A stretch of 64,000 bases of DNA from assembly GCA_934230325.1 (NCBI GenBank), contig CAKQEP010000002.1, positions 3,797-67,796 of the forward strand, in the 5' to 3' direction. Position 1 is the stretch's first letter. The number at the start of each line of letters is the position of its first letter. Origin of the DNA: an uncultured Clostridia bacterium. Lineage in GTDB: Bacteria; Bacillota; Clostridia; Christensenellales; CAG-314. The notes beneath the pieces are model-generated. The model did no database searches. It saw nothing but the letters and a program-made list of their open reading frames with translations, and had not been told where the DNA came from. Made by a program: the position numbers and the translations under genes. Positions 63,917 through 64,000 of the stretch are shown here, in pieces.

Positions 63917-64000
63917 GTCCTTTGTTTTAGAATTAAAAGTCAATAAGTACGCGGCATTTTGCGGCAAATTGCCGACAAGTTTTTATGCAAAAAATCAACT

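Overview
This 64-kb window comes from a moderate-GC, Clostridia-like spore-forming anaerobe. The assignment rests on SpoIIID, a CotJC-like protein, an NfnAB-like pair, PyrK/PyrD class 1B dihydroorotate dehydrogenase, rubrerythrin and a clostridial ferredoxin. All family calls are made by eye from motifs; no database search was possible.

Most of the window is housekeeping and mostly minus-strand:
- a complete pyrimidine cluster, pyrC-carA-carB-pyrK-pyrD-pyrF-pyrE-pyrB followed by pyrR-pyrP, with two PyrR attenuators
- tRNA-Pro(CGG)
- two MacB/FtsX-type ABC systems and an ABC-F protein
- HU
- a yabB-rsmI / ricT-holB-tmk block
- nfnAB, dtd, pncB, lgt, an apbE fusion, cysK, hpf, clpC, pfk, spoIIID, rbr, glyQS and an NfeD/SPFH pair

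The left 7 kb looks accessory. It holds a lipoprotein longer than 1180 aa with repeat and LRR modules that runs off the window and is absent from the ORF track. It also holds an orphan small basic ORF unit, two C9 homopolymers, and an SDR plus serine-palmitoyltransferase-like cassette.

No complete defence or mobile system is visible. The observations most worth follow-up are:
1. A leaderless 15-codon ORF (MKNSTFAIVNCCCNI) with three consecutive Cys codons, followed by a hairpin and a terminator, directly upstream of cysK.
2. A 391-bp non-coding tandem module next to tRNA-Pro. Each copy carries the last 21 nt of the tRNA.
3. A recurring arrangement in which a promoter -10 box sits 6-8 nt upstream of an ATG with no Shine-Dalgarno sequence, implying leaderless mRNAs.
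4. PyrB fused to only the zinc domain of PyrI.
5. The two C9 tracts in regulatory positions.
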